NCBI GenBank assembly: GCA_963845065.1
Contig: CAWJQQ010000001.1
Span: 480,001 to 544,000, forward strand
Direction of reading: 5' to 3'
DNA length: 64,000 bases
DNA from: Nitrospirota bacterium
Lineage (GTDB): Bacteria > Nitrospirota > UBA9217
Part shown: piece after piece, positions 1 to 10,203 of the stretch
Position numbering within the stretch: position 1 is the stretch's first letter
Layout of the letters: every line of letters starts with the position of its first letter
Notes under the pieces: model-generated
The model's input: the letters and a program-made list of their open reading frames with translations, nothing else
What the model was told of the DNA's origin: nothing
Database searches by the model: none
Translations under genes and position numbers: made by a program

Positions 1-558
1 GATATGCATACGGTGGGTGCTCACGGTCTTGACGCTCAACGCCAGCACATCTGCGATCTCGCTCACAGTTTTGCCGCGTCCGATCATGCAAATGATCTGG
101 AACTCTCGATCGGAAAGCCGCTCGTGCAGTTGTTCCGGCTCTGGCTTAAAATCGGAAAGCAATTTTTCTGCGATGGATGAACTGAAGTATTTCTCTCCCC
201 TCGAAACCTTGCGGATCGCCTGGATCAGCTCTTCCGAGGCGCTTGCTTTCGTAATATAACCATATGCGCCCGCCTTGATCGCGCGAATGGCATACTGCTC
301 TTCAGGATACATGCTCAAGATCAGAACCCGCAGATTGGGCTTCTGGCTTTTCAGGAGCTTTAATGTTTCGAGCCCACTTAATCCGGGCATGGCGATGTCA
401 AGGAGAAGAAGGTCGTAGTCGTCCTTGAAAACTTTATCTAGTACATCCTGTCCCCGGCTCGCTTCATCAACGACAATCAGATCGGGGACGTCCTCAAGGA
501 TCTGCCTCAATCCCTCTCTGAAGATAGCGTGATCGTCCGCAATGAGTATTCGCGTCAT
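1..558 (-). CDS. NarL/LuxR-family DNA-binding response regulator (3' end runs off the window)
   Basis: Own translation: MTRILIADDHAIFREGLRQIL...LLLLDIAMPGLSG...ERLSDREFQIICMIGRGKTVSEIADVLALSVKTVSTHR. ATGA overlap with the kinase stop codon. Confidence 0.93.
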   Translation of the reverse strand, partial: MTRILIADDHAIFREGLRQILEDVPDLIVVDEASRGQDVLDKVFKDDYDLLLLDIAMPGLSGLETLKLLKSQKPNLRVLILSMYPEEQYAIRAIKAGAYGYITKASASEELIQAIRKVSRGEKYFSSSIAEKLLSDFKPEPEQLHERLSDREFQIICMIGRGKTVSEIADVLALSVKTVSTHRMHI

Positions 559-2162
559 CTGCTTACCCTGCTATCGAGAGGTATGCGCACCAGGACCGCG
601 GTGCCCTTGCCTGGTATGCCGGTGATGCTGACTTTTCCGCCTAGGAAGCGTGCGCGCTCCCGCATCCCCATGAGCCCGAACGAGGCATGGTTCACGACCT
701 TATCGTTGAGGATGCCTATGCCGTTATCCTGCACGTTGAGTTCGAGGATATTATCTTCTTTTTTCAAGACGACGTCAACCCGGCTCGCCTTCGAGTGACG
801 GATAATGTTCGTCAGTGTTTCCTGAAATATCCTAAATACAGCCGTGGAGAGATTTAGGTCTTCTACTACAAGGTCGGATGGGATCGAGGTCGTGCACCCG
901 ATCCCGGTCTGCTCTTTGAATTCCTTTGCCTGCCACTCGATAGCATCCGGGAGCCCCAGGTGATCCAGGACCCCTGGCCTTAATTCCGACGATATCCTCT
1001 GTACGTCCCGGATGGTGCTGTCGACGAGGTCCGACATCTTGTCACATTTTTCAACGAGCTGCCCTTGTTCGCTCGACAGCCTTTTTTTGAGCCACGCTAG
1101 GTCAAGCTTCAGTTTTGACAATATCTGGCCAAGCTCATCGTGGATCTCCCGGGCGATACGCCCCCGCTCTTCTTCCCGAGCTGACTGAATATGCGCCGAA
1201 AGGCTTCTCAACTCCTCACGGGACCGACGCAATTCTATTTCGACCCGCTTGCGCTCGGTAATATCTTCGACGATGCCGTCCAGCCACGCAATTTCTCCTT
1301 GTTCGTCGAATTGCGCGGTAGCGGTGCATGAACATAAGATAAGCGTCCCATCCTTTTTGTGCAATGTCAATTCCATATCTTTTACGAAACCATTGCATTT
1401 GACTGCTTCCAGAAGACGCGCCCGCTCTTGGGGGTTCTCGTACTCGTCGATTATCTGGCGCTCCATGAACTCCTCGAGGGAATCATAACCGAACATTTCT
1501 GCCATGGCTGGGTTGGCGTAGATGTGCTGCCCCTTACCCGGCGTATTCCGGAAGATACCTATACGAATATTGTTTACCAGCGTACGGTACTTCTCTTCAC
1601 TTTCAGTAAGCGACTTCTTCGTCTCGATGATCCTAAGCGATTGCTCCGCCAAGTCCGCAATAAAATGCACCAGGGCTTTGTCATAGGCAACAATATAGTC
1701 CACCTTCTCGACACTGAAAACGGGCAGCTTGTCGAGTGCGGCAAGATAAGCCTCCTGATCATAGCCGAATTCCAGCGCCTGTCGGCTAAAGTATTCCTTA
1801 TCCGGGATTTCACCCTCAAAAATAAATTGCGCCAGGAACATCGTTGCCAAGTGTTTGCCCGCGACAACAATCGGAATGGCCACGTGCCAGAGGCCATTTT
1901 TGCATTTATACTGCCTCGCCTCCGGTTCTCCCGTGAGACGAAAATCACTTATTGAAGAGTCGCTCTCTATACATCGCAGGTGGGAAGCAGGGCAAGCGCG
2001 GTGGAAATTTACGCAGATATCGGTCCAGCCGGCTCGAAGAATTACGGAGGTGTCATACTCGTCGATAATACTCAGGGGTAAACCGCTGGCACGAAAATTC
2101 GAGTCCGCCAGTTTCTGGATGAGCGATATGTCCAATAAATCTGATAGACGGTAATTATGCAT
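555..2162 (-). CDS. Cytoplasmic sensor histidine kinase: PocR ligand-binding domain, PAS, HisKA_3/HATPase
   Basis: PocR-type Cys pattern (DICVNFHR..HLRCIESD..YKCKNGL). ERGRIAREIHDELGQ H-box, FRIFQETLTN and DNGIG motifs. Confidence 0.9.
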   Translation of the reverse strand: MHNYRLSDLLDISLIQKLADSNFRASGLPLSIIDEYDTSVILRAGWTDICVNFHRACPASHLRCIESDSSISDFRLTGEPEARQYKCKNGLWHVAIPIVVAGKHLATMFLAQFIFEGEIPDKEYFSRQALEFGYDQEAYLAALDKLPVFSVEKVDYIVAYDKALVHFIADLAEQSLRIIETKKSLTESEEKYRTLVNNIRIGIFRNTPGKGQHIYANPAMAEMFGYDSLEEFMERQIIDEYENPQERARLLEAVKCNGFVKDMELTLHKKDGTLILCSCTATAQFDEQGEIAWLDGIVEDITERKRVEIELRRSREELRSLSAHIQSAREEERGRIAREIHDELGQILSKLKLDLAWLKKRLSSEQGQLVEKCDKMSDLVDSTIRDVQRISSELRPGVLDHLGLPDAIEWQAKEFKEQTGIGCTTSIPSDLVVEDLNLSTAVFRIFQETLTNIIRHSKASRVDVVLKKEDNILELNVQDNGIGILNDKVVNHASFGLMGMRERARFLGGKVSITGIPGKGTAVLVRIPLDSRVSR

Positions 2163-2472
2163 GTGCCACCTATTTTTTACAGAATCTTAACTATATATAT
2201 GGGAGGCGAGTAGCCGACAAGAGCTTCTATTCAATTCTTCACAATTATTCGAACCTTCGAGCATTATAACATTTTTTTAATGATAAACTTTCAGAAAATT
2301 ATTAAAGCAAAAAGCTTTTTTTGCCCATATGGGGTTCTATGAATTTTTTAGTACTCTACATCGAGGTGCGGGCCATTCCGGTGTAGATAACGTACACATG
2401 TTCTAAGGCATCGTGCGGCCGATGATAAACGAGGTGATCAAGATTATCAGGGCGCTGTCGCCGTCAGGTGTC

Positions 2473-5379
2473 TCAAATGATGAGTCTCATATTTGGTAGA
2501 GGAAGTCCTGAAGTGGGCTGTAGTTTCCGAGATGTGCATTTATCGACGAGGTGAACGATGGATTGATACGGGATGCCACCGTGGTGCGATAGCCCGATTT
2601 CGCACGTGCGACTGTTCGAATATCCTGCGCCACAGTCCGCTGGAAGAGACTGTTTCAAGTTCGCAAGGGCCGAGGCGTTTAGTTCGGGATAAGTGAAGCC
2701 CCGGTCACCCGCAAAACCACAGCAACCAACCTGTGATGGCATGATGACCTTCTCGGCGCAGGCCAATGCCACTGCCCTGAATTTTTCCGTAAGCCCCATC
2801 TTGGTCGAACTGCAGGTCACGTGCATTGCCACCGGCTCAGGGGTTCTCTGGAAATCAAGACGGTCTATGAGGAAAGCGTGGATAAACTCCACGGGTTCAT
2901 AGAGCTTTAAATTTGACTTGAAGGCGGTTCTCATCCTGTAAAGACAGGGGCTTGTATCGCAGAGAATGGGATACTCACCGTTCTTGCTGCACGCAAGGAC
3001 CGCATCCTCGAGCTCTTTCGACATCTCATCGGCAGACGAGAAGAAACCTTTGCTCTCAAAGGTGAGTCCGCAGCAGAGCCTCTCCATGTCTTTTGGAAAG
3101 AGCACGTCATAGTTTGCCTTTTGAAGCACCGAAAGCATCGCCTCGAAGACGGGCCTTTGGTCTTTATCGCCTTTTGCGGGCCCCATGGTCCTGGCGATAC
3201 AACTTGGAAAATAAACCACCTTACGGTCCGAGCCTTTCATGATATTATTGAACTTTGGTGAAGAGATTCCCTTCGGCATCGATGGATTCCAGAGGGGTAT
3301 TTTATTAAACGAAAGTGCTCTCAGCTCCTTCGCGAGGCCGCTCATGAGCGGCGTGCCGAAAATTGCATGCGCCGCGTGTGCCACTTTCAGCCCGGCCCTC
3401 ACGCCGGTGAGGGGCAGGGGATAGTGGCCCGCTATCCATTGGGCGATACGGACGCCCCTGGCTGTGTTCTTTAACGAGCGCAGGCGTTTAGTAAGTTCTC
3501 CGGTGTTGATCGAGACCGGACACGCGGTGGAGCAGAGACCATCCACTGCGCAGGTTTGCTCGCCCTGGTAAACATAATCGTCTTCCAGACGCCCGAGCCT
3601 CATTGCGTTTTCTTTCGTAGATTTCAAGCGTGAAATCTCCCGCTGAATGACGATACGTTGTCGCGGGGTCGTGGTACTATTTCGTGACGGGCACTTTATT
3701 TCGCAGAAGCCACACTCTATGCACTGGTCCACAATATCGTGGGTTTGCGGCAGCGGCTTCAGGTTTTCCAGATGGATCGTCGGGTTCGTGCTAATCATCA
3801 CGTTGGGATTCAGGATATTGTTCGGGTCAAAGGCTTTCTTGATCCTCCTCATGAGGCCATAGGCCTTCTCGCCCCATTCCATTTCCACGAAGGGCGCCAT
3901 GTTTCTGCCTGTCCCGTGCTCCCCCTTGAGCGACCCGTCGTATTTATTTACGACCATGGAGGCCACGTCATCCATAAATTTTTGGTACCGCTGCACCTCT
4001 TCAGGCAGGCCGAAATCCTGAGTAAAGACAAAGTGAAGGTTCCCGTCAAGGGCATGACCGAATATGATCCCTTCAGCATAACCGTGCCGTATCATCAGGC
4101 GTTCAAGCTCGACGGTCGCGTCAGCAAGAGACACGATGGGAAAGGCAACGTCTTCGATGATGACAGTCGTGCCTATCTTTCTTGCGCCTCCCACCGCCGG
4201 GAACAGCCCTCGTCTCACGTCCCAGAGGTTCTCGTATTCTTGTTTTTTATCGGTAAAGGAGACTGGAAATATCGTGGGTATGGACGCGAGTGATTTGCTC
4301 AACGCCGCCATCTGTTCTCGAAGAGTCGCGGGGTCTCCTGCCCTTGTTTCTACCAGGAGAGCCGCCGCTTCTTTAGAGAGGGACTTGAGAAAGAGGGGGA
4401 GTCCTGACTTGTTTTCGACCGACCGCAGGGACGACCTGTCCATGAGCTCGACGGCCGCGACGGGCTGCTTTTTTAGTATTATCGTCGCCCTGCAAGCGCT
4501 CGCTATGTCAGGGAAGATGATGAGGGCGCTTGCCTTGTGCATATGCTCTACAACGGTCTTGTAAGTAATCTCGGCGTTGAACCCCAGGGTGCCCTCTGAC
4601 CCGATCAGGAGGTGGAGGATGATATCGATGGGGTCGGAATAATCGATGAAAGCGTTGATGCTGTAACCGGTCGTATTTTTGATGAGGTATTTGTGGGCGA
4701 TTCGGTCCCGCAGCCCGCGATCTGCGTTGATCTCGTCTCGGATATTCTCAAGCTCTTTGATCAGCTCTTTGCGTGATTTAATAAAAGAATGCCGGGACGC
4801 ATTATCTCCCGTATCAAGCATGGTGCCGTCTGCGAAGATGATCTTCATGCCCTCCACGGTTTTGTAACTGTTCTGAGCTGTGCCGCAGCACATACCGCTT
4901 GCGTTGTTTGCAGCGATGCCGCCGATCATGCAGCTGTTGATGGAGGCCGGGTCCGGACCTATTTTTTTCCCGAAGGGTGCCAGGTAGCTGTTTGCCTCGG
5001 CCCCAATGACACCCGGTTCCAGGGTTATCCGCTCCCCGTTGCTATGGATTGTGTATTTTTTCCATGCTCCTGCGAGTAGGACCAGGATGGAGTCAGTGAC
5101 AGCCTGGCCGGAGAGGCTCGTACCCGCAGCCCTGAAGGTCACCGGTATCTTGAGCCCGTGTGCGGTCCGCAGAATATACGATACCTCATCCCTGCTCTCG
5201 GTCTTGATGATAATTTTCGGGATCAGCCGGTAGAAGCTGGCATCGGTGCCGTACGCGAGGGTTTTGAAGGGATCAATCAGAAGTCGGGATGTGGGGATGA
5301 ACGCCCTGGCTGCATCGTAGAATCTTCGGTAATCAGATGGCAGCGCCCTGTAATCATTTTTCCCCCTGTTCCCACTCAT
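2473..5379 (-). CDS. FAD- and 4Fe-4S-dependent D-lactate dehydrogenase (single-chain Dld-II type)
   Basis: FRAAGTSLSGQA, GPDPAS, GHALDGNLHF and GEHGTG motifs; ferredoxin CIECGFCEIKCP; CCG domains. GGAGG RBS favours the MSGNRGK start. Confidence 0.9.
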   Translation of the reverse strand: MSGNRGKNDYRALPSDYRRFYDAARAFIPTSRLLIDPFKTLAYGTDASFYRLIPKIIIKTESRDEVSYILRTAHGLKIPVTFRAAGTSLSGQAVTDSILVLLAGAWKKYTIHSNGERITLEPGVIGAEANSYLAPFGKKIGPDPASINSCMIGGIAANNASGMCCGTAQNSYKTVEGMKIIFADGTMLDTGDNASRHSFIKSRKELIKELENIRDEINADRGLRDRIAHKYLIKNTTGYSINAFIDYSDPIDIILHLLIGSEGTLGFNAEITYKTVVEHMHKASALIIFPDIASACRATIILKKQPVAAVELMDRSSLRSVENKSGLPLFLKSLSKEAAALLVETRAGDPATLREQMAALSKSLASIPTIFPVSFTDKKQEYENLWDVRRGLFPAVGGARKIGTTVIIEDVAFPIVSLADATVELERLMIRHGYAEGIIFGHALDGNLHFVFTQDFGLPEEVQRYQKFMDDVASMVVNKYDGSLKGEHGTGRNMAPFVEMEWGEKAYGLMRRIKKAFDPNNILNPNVMISTNPTIHLENLKPLPQTHDIVDQCIECGFCEIKCPSRNSTTTPRQRIVIQREISRLKSTKENAMRLGRLEDDYVYQGEQTCAVDGLCSTACPVSINTGELTKRLRSLKNTARGVRIAQWIAGHYPLPLTGVRAGLKVAHAAHAIFGTPLMSGLAKELRALSFNKIPLWNPSMPKGISSPKFNNIMKGSDRKVVYFPSCIARTMGPAKGDKDQRPVFEAMLSVLQKANYDVLFPKDMERLCCGLTFESKGFFSSADEMSKELEDAVLACSKNGEYPILCDTSPCLYRMRTAFKSNLKLYEPVEFIHAFLIDRLDFQRTPEPVAMHVTCSSTKMGLTEKFRAVALACAEKVIMPSQVGCCGFAGDRGFTYPELNASALANLKQSLPADCGAGYSNSRTCEIGLSHHGGIPYQSIVHLVDKCTSRKLQPTSGLPLPNMRLII

Positions 5380-5480
5380 AGGTCCTCCCGAGGACCACGG
5401 ATGGCATGGGAAAAGACCGTTCATTTGCGCTCTTTTTTACTCCGTGGTCGTTTTTGGTCGTTGTCAATGTGTCCTCTTGT

Positions 5481-7607
5481 TTAGGTCAGTCTCTCGGCCA
5501 GCAGCTCCGCGGTATGTTTTACCTTGACCGGGCTTCCTTCTTTGTCAAGGCCGCCCTTAATCTGCATGATGCACCCCGGGCAGTCCATCGCGACGGTGGA
5601 AGCCGCTGTATTTGTGATATTCTCGAGCTTGCGCTTCAAAATAACAGAGGATATCTCCGGCAGCTTGATCGTATAGGTCCCGCCCATACCGCAGCATGTG
5701 TCGGATTCCAGCATCTCGGCCAGCTCAAAACCGGATTTCGTCAAAAGTGTACGCGGTTCCTCGAAGACATTGAGGGTCCTCTTGAGATGGCAGGAGTCAT
5801 GGTATGTCACCTTCCCGAGGCCCTTTGTTTCTTGCAGCGAGAGACGACCCTCTTTGACGAGCTTCGTGACGATGGTCGAATAGTCTACGGTTTTTGCCCC
5901 GAGTTCCCGTGCCTTGGAAAGCCACTCGGTCTTGCCCTGACTTTTGAGCGTATTATAGAACTCGTACTTAAGGGCAACCGTGCAGGTCGGGCATGCGGAA
6001 ACCACGTATTTCACGTCGACATCGAGTAACGCCTTGATGTTGTCTATCGCGTTATCGGCAGCGATGTCAAATGCCCCGCTGTAACGCGCTGGCGCGCCGC
6101 AGCAAGTCTGCTCATAGGGGAAAGAGACCTCAATGCCGGCCTTGTTCAGGATATTGATGACCGCTTCTCCGATATGAGGATAGGAGAAGTCTATAAGGCA
6201 TCCTGCGTAAAATGATGCCTTCTCAACACTCCCAGGTCGCTTGATCTGCTTGATTTTGTCTCTGAATGGGACGTCGGCGATTGCCGGAAGACTGCGGTCC
6301 TTGGTCACATCGGACAGGAACATCGGCAAGTGCCTGATGAATCCATCTTTGACGAAGGGCTTTTGCGTGATCGCGGCGGTGCGTAGCATGGAGTGGAAGA
6401 GCCGGCGGTTGTTTATCACGGAGTAGATGGCCCTCTGGACCACTGGCAGTCCCTGCTCTCTGACGAGCCGGCGCCTGAGTTCCACAATGAGCTCGGGGAT
6501 GTCGATCTTTGCCGGACAGATAGCTTTGCACCTCCCGCACTGGATGCAGAGGCCCTGAATATCCTCCGTTTTCTTTAGTTCGTCGAACCAGGCGGTCAGG
6601 ATCGTGCCGATGCCACCGGTGTAAATATGGCCGAATACATGGCCAGTCACTAGGCGATAGACCGGGCAGACATTCAGGCAGGAACCGCAACGGATGCACT
6701 GGAGGGCCTCTTTGAACTTGGGGTCCTTTGCCATGGCGGTCCGTTTATTGTCCATGAGAACGATATAGAGATCTTTCATCGAGCCGTCCGTATTCTGTGC
6801 TGGACCGCTTATCATCGAAACGTAGCAGGTTATGAGCTGGCTGGTTGCGCTCTTGGGCAATGCGGTCAGAATAGGGGCGGCGTCGCCGTAGTTGTCAATG
6901 AGTTTCTCAAGGCCAGCGAGTATCAAATGGATCTTCGGAAGCGTGCCCACGAGACGGGCATTGCCTTCATTGGTGCAAATTACAACCGTGCCGGTCTCGG
7001 CAATTGCGATGTTTGCACCCGAAATTCCCATATCGGCCTCAAAGAATTTTTCGCGAAGCTCCTTGCGGGCAACCTTGACCAGGTGCTGGATGTCGTTGGG
7101 CTGCTCCTTCTTCGTTTCTTTGCTGATGAGGTCCGCGACATCCTCCTTGGTCATGTGGAGGGCCGGCATGACCATATGCGATGGCTTCTGGTGGGCAAGC
7201 TGAATGATCCATTCGCCCAGGTCGGTCTCGTGCGCCTTAATGCCGTTTTGGGCAAGATACTCGTTCAGATGGATCTCTTCTGTGGCCATGGACTTGGATT
7301 TGACAATATTCTTGACACCTTTTTCTTTGCAGAGAGTCGTGATATAGTCCTTGGCCTCCTGCGGGCTGTTTGCCCGGAAAACCTTGGCGCCCCGGGTTTC
7401 GGCCGCCTTCTTAAACTTCTCGGCAAGCTCGTCTAGGCGTCCGGCGGCATCGCCCTTTATTTTTGCTATTCTGTCCCTCAGCGCGTCGAAATCGACGCCT
7501 GCATACGCCGCAGCTCGAGTGGCCGGGTAATTCCATCGGTCGAGGATGCCGGCGAGGTTGTGATTCTGAAGGGCTTTTTGTATGGATTCCGAGAATTCCT
7601 TATTCAA
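5481..7607 (-). CDS. lldH: L-lactate dehydrogenase large Fe-S subunit (LUD + 4Fe-4S + CCG domains; LldH/LutB-LutA-type fusion)
   Basis: KSKSMATEEI, ETDLGEWIIQL, PSHMVMPA, CIRCGSCLNVCP, QTCCG and YHDSCH motifs. Likely TTG start overlapping the lldG stop (TTGA), with GGAGG upstream. Confidence 0.9.
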   Translation of the reverse strand: MNKEFSESIQKALQNHNLAGILDRWNYPATRAAAYAGVDFDALRDRIAKIKGDAAGRLDELAEKFKKAAETRGAKVFRANSPQEAKDYITTLCKEKGVKNIVKSKSMATEEIHLNEYLAQNGIKAHETDLGEWIIQLAHQKPSHMVMPALHMTKEDVADLISKETKKEQPNDIQHLVKVARKELREKFFEADMGISGANIAIAETGTVVICTNEGNARLVGTLPKIHLILAGLEKLIDNYGDAAPILTALPKSATSQLITCYVSMISGPAQNTDGSMKDLYIVLMDNKRTAMAKDPKFKEALQCIRCGSCLNVCPVYRLVTGHVFGHIYTGGIGTILTAWFDELKKTEDIQGLCIQCGRCKAICPAKIDIPELIVELRRRLVREQGLPVVQRAIYSVINNRRLFHSMLRTAAITQKPFVKDGFIRHLPMFLSDVTKDRSLPAIADVPFRDKIKQIKRPGSVEKASFYAGCLIDFSYPHIGEAVINILNKAGIEVSFPYEQTCCGAPARYSGAFDIAADNAIDNIKALLDVDVKYVVSACPTCTVALKYEFYNTLKSQGKTEWLSKARELGAKTVDYSTIVTKLVKEGRLSLQETKGLGKVTYHDSCHLKRTLNVFEEPRTLLTKSGFELAEMLESDTCCGMGGTYTIKLPEISSVILKRKLENITNTAASTVAMDCPGCIMQIKGGLDKEGSPVKVKHTAELLAERLT

Positions 7608-8170
7608 GAGTTCATGCCTCCCAACTCGTCGACGCATACGATAATAACTCGTTCGGGGCCATGGACGCCGATGGCGAGCACGCGTTCGATGTCGGCGGTC
7701 TTGCTTGGTCCAGTGACCAGTGTGAGATAGTTACTCTTGCTCGGATGCATTTTTGTCATGAACGCTGGCAAGTCAGCTACGATATTGTAGGTGGCAAGCA
7801 GCATGATATGGATCCACGACAGCGTGGATACCAATCGCTGTTCCACCGCAGTCGCATCTTGCGCCAGTGTGCCGGTATCAGCAATCCCCCACTCCATTTG
7901 GGTGATGCCGATCTTTGAATTTTTTGCTAGTTCTAAGGTAATGTCGAACTTCAGGCCGGGGACCCTGGCTGCGAGGGCTTTCGTGTCGACTCCATTGAGG
8001 AACGGGCTGGAGGCCCAGACTGCATAAGAGCCTGCCGCATCTCTTATGTCTTCCTTCTTAAAATACCTCTCGATAAAATTGAGCGCCTCGGCTTTAGTAG
8101 CGAACCGCTGGACCTCGGTATTGCCTGCCGCTTCGGCCTTCACTTTAAACGTTTCGAACACCTCGTTCAT
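7604..8170 (-). CDS. lldG: L-lactate dehydrogenase small subunit (LUD domain; LldG/LutC)
   Basis: GIADTGTL and TGPSKTADIERVLAIGVHGP motifs. Confidence 0.9.
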   Translation of the reverse strand: MNEVFETFKVKAEAAGNTEVQRFATKAEALNFIERYFKKEDIRDAAGSYAVWASSPFLNGVDTKALAARVPGLKFDITLELAKNSKIGITQMEWGIADTGTLAQDATAVEQRLVSTLSWIHIMLLATYNIVADLPAFMTKMHPSKSNYLTLVTGPSKTADIERVLAIGVHGPERVIIVCVDELGGMNS

Positions 8171-8323
8171 CCTTTCTCAATCGCTGTTATGAACCCATAA
8201 AAAGATCTGACATGAAAAGTCGAAGCGAATCCTCTTTCGACCGGATATGCTGGATGAAATCGGATAAAGACCTTATAAATCCGGTTCATGCTGTTTAATA
8301 TTATTCCGGCTGGGTTTTTCTGT

Positions 8324-8364
8324 AAAAAACTAACGGGCGGTGGGAAGCAGTCTCCTCCGCCCGC
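8324..8364 (-). terminator. Stem-loop/intrinsic terminator-like structure after the lactate permease
   Basis: Minus strand CGGGCGGAGGAGA-CTGC-TTCCCACCGCCCG followed by TTAGTTTTT. Confidence 0.55.
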
Positions 8365-8376
8365 GATTTTACTATA

Positions 8377-10203
8377 TTATGCTTTCGCTGCTTCTTTGCC
8401 GGTGACCTTCGACACGACCATGATAATAACGGCTATCGCAATCGTTATCGCCAAGTAAGTCATTCCTTCTATGGGGAAGGCCGGGGCTGGTTTCGGCGCC
8501 GTTGCTGCGGCCGCCACAGCCGGAGCAGTGGAAGTCACCGCGGAAGTAACGGCCGGAGCCGCAGCTGCTACAGCCGCTGCGGCCTTCTGATAGACCGGCG
8601 CCCATGATGTGATCACATAGGCCTGAATGTAAGCCATAACGCCGACGATCGACGTCAGGATGAGCGAGTGTTTCAAGGTGAAGCGAAAGATATCTCCCTC
8701 CTGGCCGACTTGGCCGGTTGCCGCGCAGGCAACGGACAACGACTGGGGAGAGATCATCTTTCCACAAACTCCGCCTGATGAGTTTGCCCCAACCGTTACA
8801 AGGGGGTTGATTCCGAGCTTATCGGCCGTAACGAACTGCAGCTTGGCAAAGAGGGCGTTCGACGAGGTGTCGGAGCCGGTCATAAAGACACCCAACCAGC
8901 CGAGGAAGGCTGCGAAGAATGGGAAGACCGCGCCGGTCGATGCAAAGGCAAGACCGAACGTGACGGCCATTCCTGAGTAGTTCAGGATGAACGCAAGTCC
9001 GAGAACCATGGCAATCGTGAATATGGGCCATTTGAGTTTATTGAGCGTATCAGCAGCAACACCCGCGGCGTCGCCGAGCTTTGCTCCCGTGACCGGGATC
9101 GAGAAGAGGCCCGCAAAGAGGATGGCCGTGCCTGCAGCGCTTAGGAAATTCATCGTGTAAATGGCAGGCATAGGTTTGCCACCCCTGAGGATCATGTTAT
9201 GAAGGTCAGGTACTTGCCAGCTGGTTACGAATAAGTGGTTAAGAGCGGTCCCTATCGGCTTAACGCCCCAAGCCGCAACAAAGATCGATAGCAGAAGAAA
9301 AGGTGCCCAGGCACGAAAGACCTGTCCACCAGAATAATTGAGCACTGCTCTGCCGGTGCTTGGTTTTTCGTGGGCGAAGTGCCAGCTTTCTTTTGGGTGC
9401 CAGATCTTGAGGAATATCACCATGCAAATGATGGAGGCGATAGACGCGAGAATATCGGGGAGCAGAGGTCCTATAAAGTTGGATGTCAGATACTGGACGA
9501 CGGCGAAGGAAACGCCGCTAACCAGACAAGCCGGCCAGACTTCGATGCCTTTCTTCCATCCAGCTATAAGAATGGTGAGATACAGCGGGATAAGGACGCT
9601 CAGGAACGGCAGGGTGCGCCCCACCATCTGGCTCAAAGTTAACTGGTCGACACCGGCAACCTGTGCGCCGACGATTATCGGAATACCGATTGCGCCGAAA
9701 GCGACAGGAGCTGTATTTGCAACAAGACAAACACCAGCTGCATAGAGCGGTTCAAATCCGAGACCCATCAGCATGGCGGCGGTGATCGCAACGGGCGTAC
9801 CGAATCCTGCGGCGCCCTCCATAAATGCGCCGAACGAGAAGGCAATTAGCAATGCCTGCATACGTCGGTCATCCGAAAGATTGGCCAGCGAATTCTTGAT
9901 TATCTCGAACTGCCCGGTTTTTACCGACAGATTGTAAATGAAAAGGGCCGTAACAACGATCCAGCAGACCGGAAACAGGCCGATCAAGGAGCCGTAAAAG
10001 GTGGACAGCAATGCTAATTTTACCGGCATTCCATACTCGAGAGTAGCCACAACAATAGCGAGGGCAACGGTAATCGATGCCGCCAGATGTCCTTTCATTC
10101 TCTTCCACGCCAGGGCCCAGAACAGGAATAGGATGGGCAGCGCGGCAATGAGGGCTGAAAGGCCAATGTTTCCGAATGGGTTTTCAGGTTGAGTCCAAGG
10201 CAT
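8377..10203 (-). CDS. lctP: Lactate permease (LctP/LldP family) with extended C-terminus
   Basis: FMEGAAGFGTPVAI, ANTAPVAFGAIGIP, TGSDTSSNALF and GKMISPQS motifs. GAGGAGG RBS. Confidence 0.95.
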   Translation of the reverse strand: MPWTQPENPFGNIGLSALIAALPILFLFWALAWKRMKGHLAASITVALAIVVATLEYGMPVKLALLSTFYGSLIGLFPVCWIVVTALFIYNLSVKTGQFEIIKNSLANLSDDRRMQALLIAFSFGAFMEGAAGFGTPVAITAAMLMGLGFEPLYAAGVCLVANTAPVAFGAIGIPIIVGAQVAGVDQLTLSQMVGRTLPFLSVLIPLYLTILIAGWKKGIEVWPACLVSGVSFAVVQYLTSNFIGPLLPDILASIASIICMVIFLKIWHPKESWHFAHEKPSTGRAVLNYSGGQVFRAWAPFLLLSIFVAAWGVKPIGTALNHLFVTSWQVPDLHNMILRGGKPMPAIYTMNFLSAAGTAILFAGLFSIPVTGAKLGDAAGVAADTLNKLKWPIFTIAMVLGLAFILNYSGMAVTFGLAFASTGAVFPFFAAFLGWLGVFMTGSDTSSNALFAKLQFVTADKLGINPLVTVGANSSGGVCGKMISPQSLSVACAATGQVGQEGDIFRFTLKHSLILTSIVGVMAYIQAYVITSWAPVYQKAAAAVAAAAPAVTSAVTSTAPAVAAAATAPKPAPAFPIEGMTYLAITIAIAVIIMVVSKVTGKEAAKA

